From NCBI RefSeq assembly GCF_001194135.2, contig NC_068984.1, positions 73,114,347-73,178,346 of the forward strand: a stretch of 64,000 bases of DNA, given 5' to 3'. Numbering within the stretch: the stretch's first letter is position 1; every line of letters begins with the position of its first letter. This document shows positions 53,223-64,000 of the stretch, one piece after another. Below the pieces are notes generated by a model. The model had not been told where the DNA came from and ran no database searches. It saw only the letters and a program-made list of their open reading frames with translations. This DNA comes from Octopus bimaculoides. Taxonomy: Eukaryota. A program made the position numbers and the translations under genes.

Positions 53223-56200
53223 AAGGATTATTATTGTTATTGTTGTTATTCAATCACAGAGTACCCCTCTTCAATTCACATCGTTTCTGCTAATCTTCTG
53301 TTTATGAGACAGTCTTAACTTTCATTTATTCTTATCGTTCTTCCTCCTCTACTCTACTGTCCCTATCAATTGCTTCAGGATTCTCTCTGTCCCTCTATCT
53401 ACCGCTATCACGTATGCATGTANNNNNNNNNNNNNNNNNNNNNNNNNNNNNNNNNNNNNNNNNNNNNNNNNNNNNNNNNNNNNNNNNNNNNNNNNNNNNN
53501 NNNNNNNNNNNNNNNNNNNNNNNNNNNNNNNNNNNNNNNNNNNNNTTTTATCTATATACTGTCTGAAGTTAAGACATGCCTCTCCTCCTCGTCTCGATCG
53601 TGTATTCTATACAGATAATTTAAAGAACAGTATCGCGTGATTGTTTCTGACAAATAAAATATGGCTAATGATATATTTGTTGGCAAATGCAAGTCTTGAA
53701 TAATATTCCTATCTGCAACCATTTTATCTTAGTTGTTGTTAGGATAGTAAAAGCAGAATTGTTCCAAACCTTTCAAGCATTACTAGATTTCAAATCCACC
53801 GCTGCCTATATAGCGACATCTTGACTGCTTTAGCGAAATCTTCAGCTGTGTTTTCATATTTATATGTTGCCTGTGTTATCTATCTCTGTCAAAATCTGAT
53901 GCTTTATTCTCTTGCATGTTAACACTAAAGAAAATGATTATTAAAACGAGAGAGAGAGAGAGAGATAACATTTTGATACAACTTTGTATCTGTATATTAT
54001 GGTAAGATACTTAAATGATTTGAATAGAGTTAGTAATAGTCTCTTTTGATGAATTAGCAAAAGAAATGTAAGAAATACGCGTGTGTAAAATGCAAAGAAG
54101 AGTCTTCCAAGATATCACATGAAATGTCTACTGTAGCAGCCAAATCACCGTCAACGAATTACTTGCTTTCATCAGAATCAAAGTAAAGTGTTTTCTATAT
54201 ACATTACTGCTCAAAAAGTAAATTACGAATGAATATTAGCATGCTTAGTCTTAATACGCCTGAGCGGGTTCAAACTTAAAATATGCTGGGCGTTGTAGTG
54301 TATGTCCTAGGAGAATAACGTCTCTGATGCACTCAAACGTTAGCTCAACGCACTTTTCGCATCGATGAGCAGCATCCTGGGACCACCAGTGTTTCGATAT
54401 GTTGTGTCTCACCAGCCAGATGTAGCGGAAACTTTGAGACTAAGCAAAGCCGCTGGCTATCAGAGAACTGAACTGTTTATTGATCGGTGCTTATATCAGC
54501 CATCCTATAAAAAGTTGTTTTTACAATCTACAATGAGATCAGGAATGAATATTTGCTCATTTATGGAGTCTAAATATACCTGGCCATATATAAAACTTGA
54601 GTATTAGTGACAATTACTGGAATACTCGAGTTGTCAGAGTCCATGAATTACGATAAATAGCCAATATGTCTAGTTGTTGCTTATTCTTCGGTAAAATATA
54701 ACGATAAATATATAATAGAATTTGCTTTTAAAATGCCCGATCCATATATCAGTAATATAAGAATAACCAGGGTTAAAGAGCTGATTGTGCTCATTATTCG
54801 ACCAGAACTATCTCCCAGTGAAGGCATAGATTTGCTTAAATTAATTGGTGTTCTCTATTCATATCATGAACAATTGAATATATGTATATACGAAAGTGAC
54901 AATAAAAAAAAAATGATGACGTGCGCGACTGCATACTATATTCGATGTAAGGTTCAAGTTTCGATATTTCGTCTTCTATTTGATATAATATTACTTTTGT
55001 TTATACTCATGGTAAAAGTTTATATTTTCTACACGCTAGTAGAAAGGAGTGAAATATACCTCACTTCAGGATATTCTATGAACAAAGGAAGTTGAAGACA
55101 CAGTAGCTAATAATTTACATTATCTTGTCATTTTGAGGTTTCATAGATTTCACCGTAAGGTCAAATACAATAAATGAAAATAGAGTGGGACACACACGTA
55201 TTTCTTCTATCGTTTTCCTGATTTCTTTTATCCTTATATGATACGTTTCCTTTAATCTACAATTCTCTTCATTTTCTTTTAATTTACTCAACTCTCACCG
55301 GTCCAGTATAATAAAAATTTCCTCGAGGGCCTTTACACTTCATCGTCTGAGGCTCCCTACGAGGTACCGGCTGACCCGTTTTTTGACCTTTTCTTTCCGC
55401 AATTTCATTTACACCTGCTAATATCAATATGTTGACGTGTCAATTCTTGGCAACGGAAGTGTTGAGAAAAGGTGATAACAACCTCTGAGTTACGATAAGT
55501 GACGGTTAGATACAACGAGTGGTGGACCAGAGCAGATGAACTTCAATCGCTGCTTCGATTGACTGCTGTGACCCTCGGCAACGGCGTGTTGAGAAAAGGT
55601 GATAGTTATGTGTTGATGTGTCAACTATTTTACTGATAATCTTCATAGCTACACTGTTCAATCTAGTTTTTCCTTTTTTAACCCTTGTCCTTTCTCCTGT
55701 GCTCGAAGTACGTTTCTATTAAATGTTATTTGACTGCCGGAATCGCTAGAGCGCCAAATAAATTGCTCTGTGGTATTTGTTCTGATTATTTACGTTCTCA
55801 TTCAATGTCACGGAAGTCAACTTTGGCCTTTCCTCCCTCCAGCGTCGATAAACTAACGTACCAGTTGATTACTTGGCGTGATGGTATAGGCCAACACCTT
55901 ACCTTCAAAATTGCTGGCGTTTTAACAAAATTACAAGTAATAATACTAAAACAGACATCTGTGTATCATACGTAACATAAACAAACCATTAATAGAACAA
56001 TTATTGTGGTATTTATCCTCAGATAATTTACTAATATGTCATATTAATGAATTATGTTAGAAACACATCGAATATCAGAGGGCAGGTACATTTTAGCCTT
56101 TTGAGCCTCTTCATTAGCGCACACTCGTTGTCAGCATCATGATGAAACGAGAGATTCTCACCTCTTATTAGAGAAAAAGTAAATAAAAGATTCATTGATA

Positions 56201-56499
56201 CTGCGAATAGTTGCCCGACTGACTAAAAAACATTCTATATTCAACTGATGTAGTACTAAATCAAAATAGTCATCTATGTATCATACGTAATATATACACA
56301 CAGCTGACAGACCAGTTAATGCGGAATTTATCCTGTGATGGCTTCTGTTATAGACATATTGTGTTAAAAACACAACAAATATCAGAGAGAGACGAAAATT
56401 CGTCCCAGCAGCTCCATCAGCACAACGGTCACAGACCAATGGGCATAAATATAGAGGTCATCAGACAGACAGGAATATTTGCTAGACTTCACTCTTATT

Positions 56500-58060
56500 G
56501 TACTCGGCTACGAGCACCTATCACGAAGTCGATCAAAATTGGGAGGCAGAGTAACTGAGTCGTTTCAGAATTCTCTGGAACTCACAATAATAGCTGTCTT
56601 TTTCGATCCACAAGGCAAGTTGGTCGTAATGGAGATGACCAGCAACAAAAACCAGGTCATACTTTCAGACTGTTAACCGTTTATACCACAACGTGAATGA
56701 GGCAGCAAGATTTGTTTTAGATGACTGTAATATTTGCCAGAAATGCCTTGCATTTTGTGTCAGTGGATGATTGCAAAAATGTCATGTATGCAGCTTGGAC
56801 TGTATAGGGCTAACTGATACGCGAAGAGGATTCGCTAGCTTTGCAAACTTCCTCAGACATTTTAAATTGCCTGGCAGGTACCGACTGTACTTCCTAAATG
56901 TGCAAATGTGAACGCGGAGGAACCACATCGGGTCTTGTAAATTGTATCTAAGCAAAGTTTTCTGACGGCCAGTAGATAGGAATAGTGTAGGTCGTCCACG
57001 ATTTAAAACCGTAGGCTATATATACCACAAATTTGTGAACTGAGACGTCGATCAACATAGTCATTAATGCAAGAAACCGAATACTGGAAAATGAAAGCAT
57101 TCTTCTTAACGCGCAAATATTACTGAAATCGGATCTGAAAATTAGTTAAACAAGCACAGAGAAGGGTATCAACAACAAATGACTCATCCTCAAAAGATTA
57201 CTAGTGTAGAATCGATAAGGTTTAATAGGGGTATAGTTTTGACTCGAAGTAATAAGACTGTGTTCTCGGAATTAAGGTGTGTACGCTAAGATACGAACCA
57301 AGCAATGACATTTGATGGTTGGGCGAGGAACAGAAGCCGCGATGTCGTTTCCATGCTACAAATTAGTTTTTGACAGATTAGGATAATTGTATGCTACTTG
57401 TGCCCAAACATATGTGTACGACCTTTCGGCAGTACATTGCTTGAATATTCCGAACGAGTTGTGGGTCGGAGCCGAAGATGAACTTCAATGACTGCCTCGA
57501 TCGATTACAATGACCTTCGAGAACAGAAGTGTTGCGAAATGGTGATAACAGCTACTGAGTTACGGTAACTAACGGCTAGATGCAAATCGCTTGGGTAGGC
57601 AGGCTTACTCTATGAGTTTGGTTTATTTTTATACCAAACTTTCCCTACACTCTTTTGACAGATATCTTCGGCAACTAGCAGCAAAAGGGAAAACCACCAG
57701 TACTTTTAGCCGTGGAACAGTAGCACTATTATGAAAGGAGACCATGTGAATAATTTACGGACCATAACTGTACTAAAGGATCACTTCAAAGTTTTGGCCA
57801 AGGTGTTAGCAGATAGGTTGGCATCTTCGTCGGTAGTCTGGTGTGTAGTCATACGGCATCCCAGATAGATCTTCGGTTTGGGTCCTCATCAAGTTATATC
57901 AGTCAAATGCTTTGATATGATTGACCGCCAGTACTTGATTCTCTTCACAAGCGTTTCAAGTACACCATTAGTGGATGAATCGCCGCAAGTTTCAGTGACA
58001 TCTGCTTGATGATTAAAGTGAATGATCATTTCTCGGAACCATTCAGTATTATGTTTTGTT
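56500..58060 (+). mobile_element. Decayed Tx1-type (L1 superfamily) LINE ORF2 remnant: APE endonuclease and N-terminal RT
   Basis: Endonuclease-like FDPQGKLVVME and GRYRLYFLNVQM*TRRNHIGSCKLYLSKVF. RT-like VALL*KGDHVNNLRTITVLKDHFKVLAKVLADRL, frameshifted QS.AFDMIDRQYL, and MIKVNDHFSEPFSI. Confidence 0.8.
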
Positions 58061-59894
58061 TTGCTTGTTTCTTTGTTTTTATTTATGCTGAATGCTTTCA
58101 CTATGTAGGGTCATTATCAGTGCAAGATTTTCTTATATAGCAAAGCCTCCACTGATCACTGTGAAATCACTGTCACAAAATAATAAGTACAAGGGTATTC
58201 GGAGGAAATTACTTCGCTCATTGTCAGAGTTTACCATAGCTTACAATTATTATAGCTTAGAAAAGAAAAAAAATGAGAGCCTTAAAACTACAGAACTACA
58301 ATGTGATCGCTACGATAGTGTCTACTAATTCCACATTGGCTTTGTAAACCCAGTGAGTCTGCAAGCGACGAAAATTCATAAAATGTTACCTGCACATTTC
58401 ATGATTCTTGGTTTTTCAAGCTAAGCTATGTTTATACATTAATATGTATGAGTATGCGCGTGGTGTGTTTGTGTGATTAGGTGTATGAGTGTGTGCGTGT
58501 ACGTATTTAAGCGCACGAGTGTGTCTTTATGTGTGTGCGGAACAGTGTCTTCTCAAAACATTAAAGACCCTATATTTATGGAGGTGTTGTATTTTCAAAT
58601 GTCCTCGACAACAAAAAAGAAAGTATTATGGTATTTAAACCTTTAATAATTCGATGTTTTATGCTCAATGTACACAGTTTCCACCTTAGATTTCATAGAT
58701 CGGAGATTTATATCACAAATACCAGTAAAATACTACGGCTTAATTTAATTGAATGAACTCTGTTTTGCACAGAAATTTTGTTTCTGTATATGACAGAATA
58801 TTTCTCTGTTATACAGTTTAACTTAGTTTCAAAATAGGAATAAATAAATATCTTTGCAATCTTGCTTAGAGAAGTTCCTCTGATAGAAGGATATTGCAGA
58901 TAAAGAATTGCATTAAGACATTTTCATGTCTGCCCGTGTAAGTTTTCCAGTTTGATGGCAACAACAATTACGTTAGACATTAATTCACATCGCTATACAA
59001 TTTTATTAGGCTGTTTTCATATGAGCTCGCAGAAGATTTTGTTGTAGCTTTTGTTTTCTTTTTTCAACTTCACACTAACAGTATTTTTATTAGATATTCG
59101 TTTATGTTGCCTCCGTATGCAAACTATTTCTGTTTTGCCATTTGTATTAAACAGTTCAACTTTGTAATATGTACAGTAACTTAAATAAGAATTAGGTAAC
59201 TAAAGAGTAACTAAACATAAAACATGCTGTATAATATTACACGAGAGCAAAGTATATTGATGTGAATGCAATTTTGATATTAATAATAAAATACAACCAA
59301 ACATTAAACAGCACATATTTCTATAGCAATAAATGATGTCTGAAGTAGCTGCCACATGTAAATAGCATTATATCAAATAATGAAAAGGCAAAAATAATGG
59401 ACACAGCTACTGTAAATAGATATAACTATTCTGACGTCATTGCAAGTAAAGAATAGTGCTTTGTTAGTATGCAATAAAAGACCGTAAACGTTTGAAGAAT
59501 ATGTAACAGTTGGCATATATATTTCTAAATATGTACCATATTGTCTGGGGAAGCTCGTCATTAAAAACACCTAAAGCATTGTACAGTTTACAAGATGCTC
59601 GTAACTTGTTAGCTTACATTACCGAGTTCGAGTCCTTCTAGAGGACTAAAAGAACTACAGAAAGTAACCGAGAAAATCACAAATAGTCTAGATGTTCCTC
59701 TCTAAACAACACTTGCACGCTTGCCATTGAATCCCGGATCTAATTCTGTATTAATCACATATGAATGGATAGGAATATTCATCTAAGCTGTCAGAAGAAT
59801 TAAATGTTACCTGACTTTCGTGCTCGACTAATGAAGTATGAAGGCGTCATATATACACTTTAGGACTTACCAGACCGTATAAGACTTCCGAAGT

Positions 59895-60148
59895 GGAGGC
59901 GCGTGACTTAGTGGTTTGGGTGCTGGACTCATGATGTTAAGATTATGGTTTCGATTCCTGGACCGGGACACGTGTTGTGTTATTGAGCATAACACTTCAT
60001 TTCACGTTGCTCCAGTCCATTCAGCTCGCAAAAATGAGTGATCCTGCGACAGACCAGCGTCCCGTCCAGGTGGAGAATTCATATGCCATGGAAACCGGGA
60101 AACTAGCCGTATGAGTCTGTATGACTCGGAAAGAATCATTACTTTTAC
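59895..60148 (+). mobile_element. Full-length tRNA-derived SINE with a V-domain-like segment and a 17-bp TSD (15/17 identical)
   Basis: Head GGAGGCGCGTGACTTAGTGG...GGTTTCGATTCC; CCTGCGACAGACCAGCGTCCCGTCCAGG resembles the V-SINE domain. TATAAGACTTCCGAAGT (59878-59894) pairs with TATAAGACTTCTGATGT (60149-60165). Confidence 0.88.
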
Positions 60149-60349
60149 TATAAGACTTCTGATGTCACATAGTTACGTAACGAGATTGAATACATTGAAG
60201 TTTTACTGTGTAGTAAGTACAGTGCAACAATCGTTATTCGGAGGCAAGCGATGTCTTCGTAACATGTAACATACTTTCAGAAATTGCTTTATGTGCATAT
60301 GGTGTGGCGAGCAGGCATTTTCCTCACTCAAGTTTGACCCAGCGAAATA

Positions 60350-61521
60350 TTAGTCTGTTTCACATGAAATGTATTTGAAGAAATGTTTCAGAAGTGATAG
60401 CGAACTGATCTACTTAATCAAAATATGTTCATGTTCATTTATGACGTTTACCCAACGTTTCTCTATGTCATATATTTCATCTTTAAAATAAGTTTCATCT
60501 TTAGCTGTGATAAACTGTCCGAATGCTTGTACTACCTCTTCTCTATTTAAGACTGTTTTATTGCAAATGAAAAGCTCAAAATGCTTAAATAAGTGATGCT
60601 CAGTAGCAGAGAAATCAGGAGAATAGGGAGGATGTTGCAAAATTTCATAATTCAGGCTTTGCAACTTTTGGACAGTAGCTTGAGGAGGGTGAGGACGTTC
60701 ATTGTCGTAGATAAAATTGGGCCATCTCTATTCACTAGTTCGGGTTGCTTCTTTTTCAAATTCTCATTTATACAATCAATTTCCTGGCAATTCGCTGTTG
60801 CTGTTACCGTTTTTCCTTCTTGCAAAAATGAATAATGAATAACTCCCTTCGCAGATCACCATTCAGTGACCACTAACCACTTTTTAGGGTACGATGGTGG
60901 GTTTGGGTAGTGTTTAGGTGACTCTCCTGCATCTAATCACTGTCCTGTTCTCCTGATGTTGCCAAAGAGTATCCATTTCTCATCACAAGTAATGATTTGA
61001 TGCCAAAATGGTCTTTTCCAGTCGAGAAAGCAATAAGGAGCACAATTCGAGGCGTCGGTTTTTTGCTTTTTTTTTTAATCTCGTTCAGTTGATGTGGAAC
61101 AAACCTATCCGTTTTCTTGACTTTTCTAACTTTTTACAAGTGTCCAAAAACAGTTGTGTGAGATGTCTGAAGTTCTGATGAAAGTTTAATCGAACCATTT
61201 AATCCATCATACCGAACGACTGATTTTGGCCTAGCTCTTGGTTTATTTTCAAGGCTACCATCTCCTGAACGAGAGCTTTGGAACCATCTCTGAACAGTTC
61301 CGATTGAACAAAACCACTTGATATTCATTCTGCAACAGAGCGACCGAGTTTGTACTCATACAAGAAAATCACTCAGCATAGTTTGGTTCTTATCATTTTC
61401 ATAAGGTCTGTGGGTATGAATTTTGTATAACAAGATTAAATGCAAGGTATACATAATTGAGTTTTTAAGGACTGGAATAACAAGTAATTAAAAATGCGAC
61501 ATTTCATGTGAAACAACTTAA
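60350..61521 (-). mobile_element. Full-length decayed mariner transposon with both TIRs and TA duplications
   Basis: TA|TTAGTCTGTTTCACATGAAATGT at 60348 and its inverse ACATTTCATGTGAAACAACTTAA|TA ending at 61523. Transposase remnants include IITCDEKWILF and YEILQHPPYSPDFSATEHHLF. Confidence 0.95.
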
Positions 61522-61975
61522 TATTTAAAATATCACAGCTGGAGGGAGAGACGACTGCAACAGTTGCGTCTGACACTTATTACATTTCAGGAGAATGAAA
61601 CTATAAATGCACAAATCACTGTGCTGAAAGTCACTGTCTATGAATTGAACCGATAATATGATCAGCACATGTTTATATTTTAGTCATTTTATATGATACC
61701 TTTTACATGAACAACTTTTACGGATATTTTATATAGATCGATTATATTTTATAGTTATTTTATGTTATGTTTTTAATAGTTATTTTGTATGAATACAAGA
61801 GACGTTGATTTTAGATTTTCAACGGGTAAATCACTGTTAAAATGCATGTGATGACAAGATATACCTAATTGCTCTGCCGACTGGCTTTACTACTTACCTG
61901 TCTATATGCATAATTTTCACAAATACATATACACACACAAATATACGAAAGTGTGCGTCCGTATAACTATATGCG

Positions 61976-62019
<44 letters not shown>

Positions 62020-62404
62020 TACAGGATATTTATATAACATATATATATGTATGTATATATGTATGTATATATACATACATTATATAGATATGATATATTA
62101 TATATGATATATAAGCACACACGCATATATAACAAATTTAATCAGCTCCATATGACTTAGAATGTTGTGGACACATAAAACAGACCTATCTCATGCGATA
62201 TCAGGAGAAGAGTAACGGATATGAGATAAATTTGAGATAGCACCTCGATGTTAGGCTTTTGTCGGTCAAATCAGAGCCCAAAACTCTAAAATGTCTTGGA
62301 AAAACATTCTATTATAAAAAGCAAGAAGCAATCGTAATCACTAAAATATATATTGATCAGCGCAAAGCTGTATACACAAACGACAGACCGCAAAGTAAGT
62401 AAAT

Positions 62405-62445
62405 GTAACCAACCAAACTGCGGAATATGCAGTTTGGTTGGTTAC
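62405..62445. repeat. Perfect 17-bp-stem hairpin with a 7-nt loop
   Basis: GTAACCAACCAAACTGC-GGAATAT-GCAGTTTGGTTGGTTAC. Confidence 0.9.
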
Positions 62446-62804
62446 TAACAGGTGGTCCCGATTCCACTTCAAAGAGAGCCGTGTCTTTAAAACTAGAAAC
62501 ATTTTTTCCTCAATTAGAACGGCATAATCTACATTATAACGTGTAAAAGTTAGCAGAGCACTACATCAGGCAAACAGATGTAACACTCAGAAAAAGTGTG
62601 ATGGTATAGCCCGAACAATCAGGGAACTATACACAAGGAAAACAACCGAGTGAACATATGGATAGTGGAGGCAGGTTATTTCCTGACTATTCTGTTTTCC
62701 GCTTCGACCAGTAGAGTGAAACAATGAAGGAACAGCGAAGAAATATATTTCATTAACAAATACCAACCAAACTTCAACGCATTATACTCTAGAACTGAAT
62801 ATGT

Positions 62805-62999
62805 ATGTATATTCTAATCAGTTAGTAACAATTTGCATATATGTTACCGACTGAAGGAGCATTATACGTATATTGTGAATAAACTGGAGTAGAAAAAAAA
62901 AAATTTTTTTTCTACTCTAGTTTACTCACAATATACGTATAATGCTCCTTCAGTCGGTAACATATATGCAAATTGTTACTAACTGATTAGAATATACAT
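62805..62999. repeat. Near-perfect 195-bp palindrome centred on A11/T8
   Basis: The arms are exact reverse complements except at two positions (GTGAATAAACTGGAG versus GTGAGTAAACTAGAG) and the A/T run length. Confidence 0.95.
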
Positions 63000-64000
63000 G
63001 CATACATACATACATACATACATACATACATACACATAAATGCCTAGTAAAAAAGTTGTCGATGAATATTTCTAAAGTACGAGTAAAGAAGAAGAAAATA
63101 TTCAACAATAAAAATCAAAGCATCATTAGAAAAGAAAAGTCAAAATCTACAACATCCACCGTGCTCGCATTCATGAATAATCAACAGCAGAATTGAAAAT
63201 ATGTTGATTTTCTTGAAGAGTTAAATAGACATATATTTATATGTGAATACAATGCACATAGACATTTACATTACTCACATACACACATACACACAAATAT
63301 ACAGTTGCATACACACGCATACCCATGCAAATGGTTTTTACATACGTGACGCAGGGTCATTTACTATTCTGCGGAAACTTATTGTAAAGACATGAACATT
63401 GGTATAAATTCATTTTTTTGCTTCACGCAATCCGTATGTGTTCTCTCGAAATATTACAGCCAATGAATGCAAGCCGTAGAACGAAATATATGTAGCTCAA
63501 GTTCAGCTTTTTAGGACCATTATTTTGGAGTATCATTGAACATACATAATTTTTTCTTATTAAATCGTTGCATGTCATGTATTTAAACTCTATCAATCTT
63601 TCTTTCTTTCTCTCTGTCTCTCTTCTCTCTCTTTCTACTTTCTATCTTTGTATATATCTATACTATAACAGGCAGATTTTCTGTGTGTGTGTGTGTGTAT
63701 GTTTAAAATTCATACATTTACACAATTCTAAATTTCTTGGATTAAACAATCGCAATTAATATTCTAAATACAATTTGTTAGGTCACTGCGTCATTTTTTC
63801 ACTCCAAAAAATTCCTAATAACGAATATAATCGATAAAACGTCACAAGTAAACATTTTCTCCCTAATAAAATCTAATTTCCTCTTTCTAATACAAATCCT
63901 TTCAACTCCTACTTTCTCTTATGAGCCTTTACAAACAATCCAACAACAAATACAAAAAGAAAGGAAGGAGAAAAAGAAAACTATTTCAGTATCAAATCAC

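Overview
This is eukaryotic, AT-rich, repeat-dominated DNA from a gapped draft scaffold with about 20 N-runs, most flanked by (TA)n/(TG)n microsatellites. The (TTAGGG)-type repeats, dense microsatellites and SINE families suggest a cephalopod, probably Octopus. That is an inference from recalled repeat families, not a database result. No intact host protein-coding gene, rRNA, true tRNA or CRISPR array is supported, and almost all of the ORF track is gap or microsatellite artefact. The readable content is decayed transposons. There are three mariner elements, one with both TIRs and TA duplications. Penelope-like retroelements (PLEs) are well represented: a near-complete Neptune-type RT+GIY-YIG copy, two fragments of a second lineage, and older remnants. 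There is also an R4/Dong-type restriction-like endonuclease 3' end abutting a (TAA)n tract, a Tx1-type LINE ORF2 remnant, and many tRNA-derived SINEs, three with target-site duplications. The features most worth follow-up are degenerate hammerhead-ribozyme-like motifs tied to PLE termini, several long inverted repeats (candidate dsRNA/ADAR substrates), a TTAGGG->CCCTAA inverted interstitial telomeric array, a cluster of candidate spliced exons with a neuropeptide-like KR...GKR stretch, and a clear contig-misordering artefact at 31.5-34.1 kb. I found no convincing novel multi-gene system.
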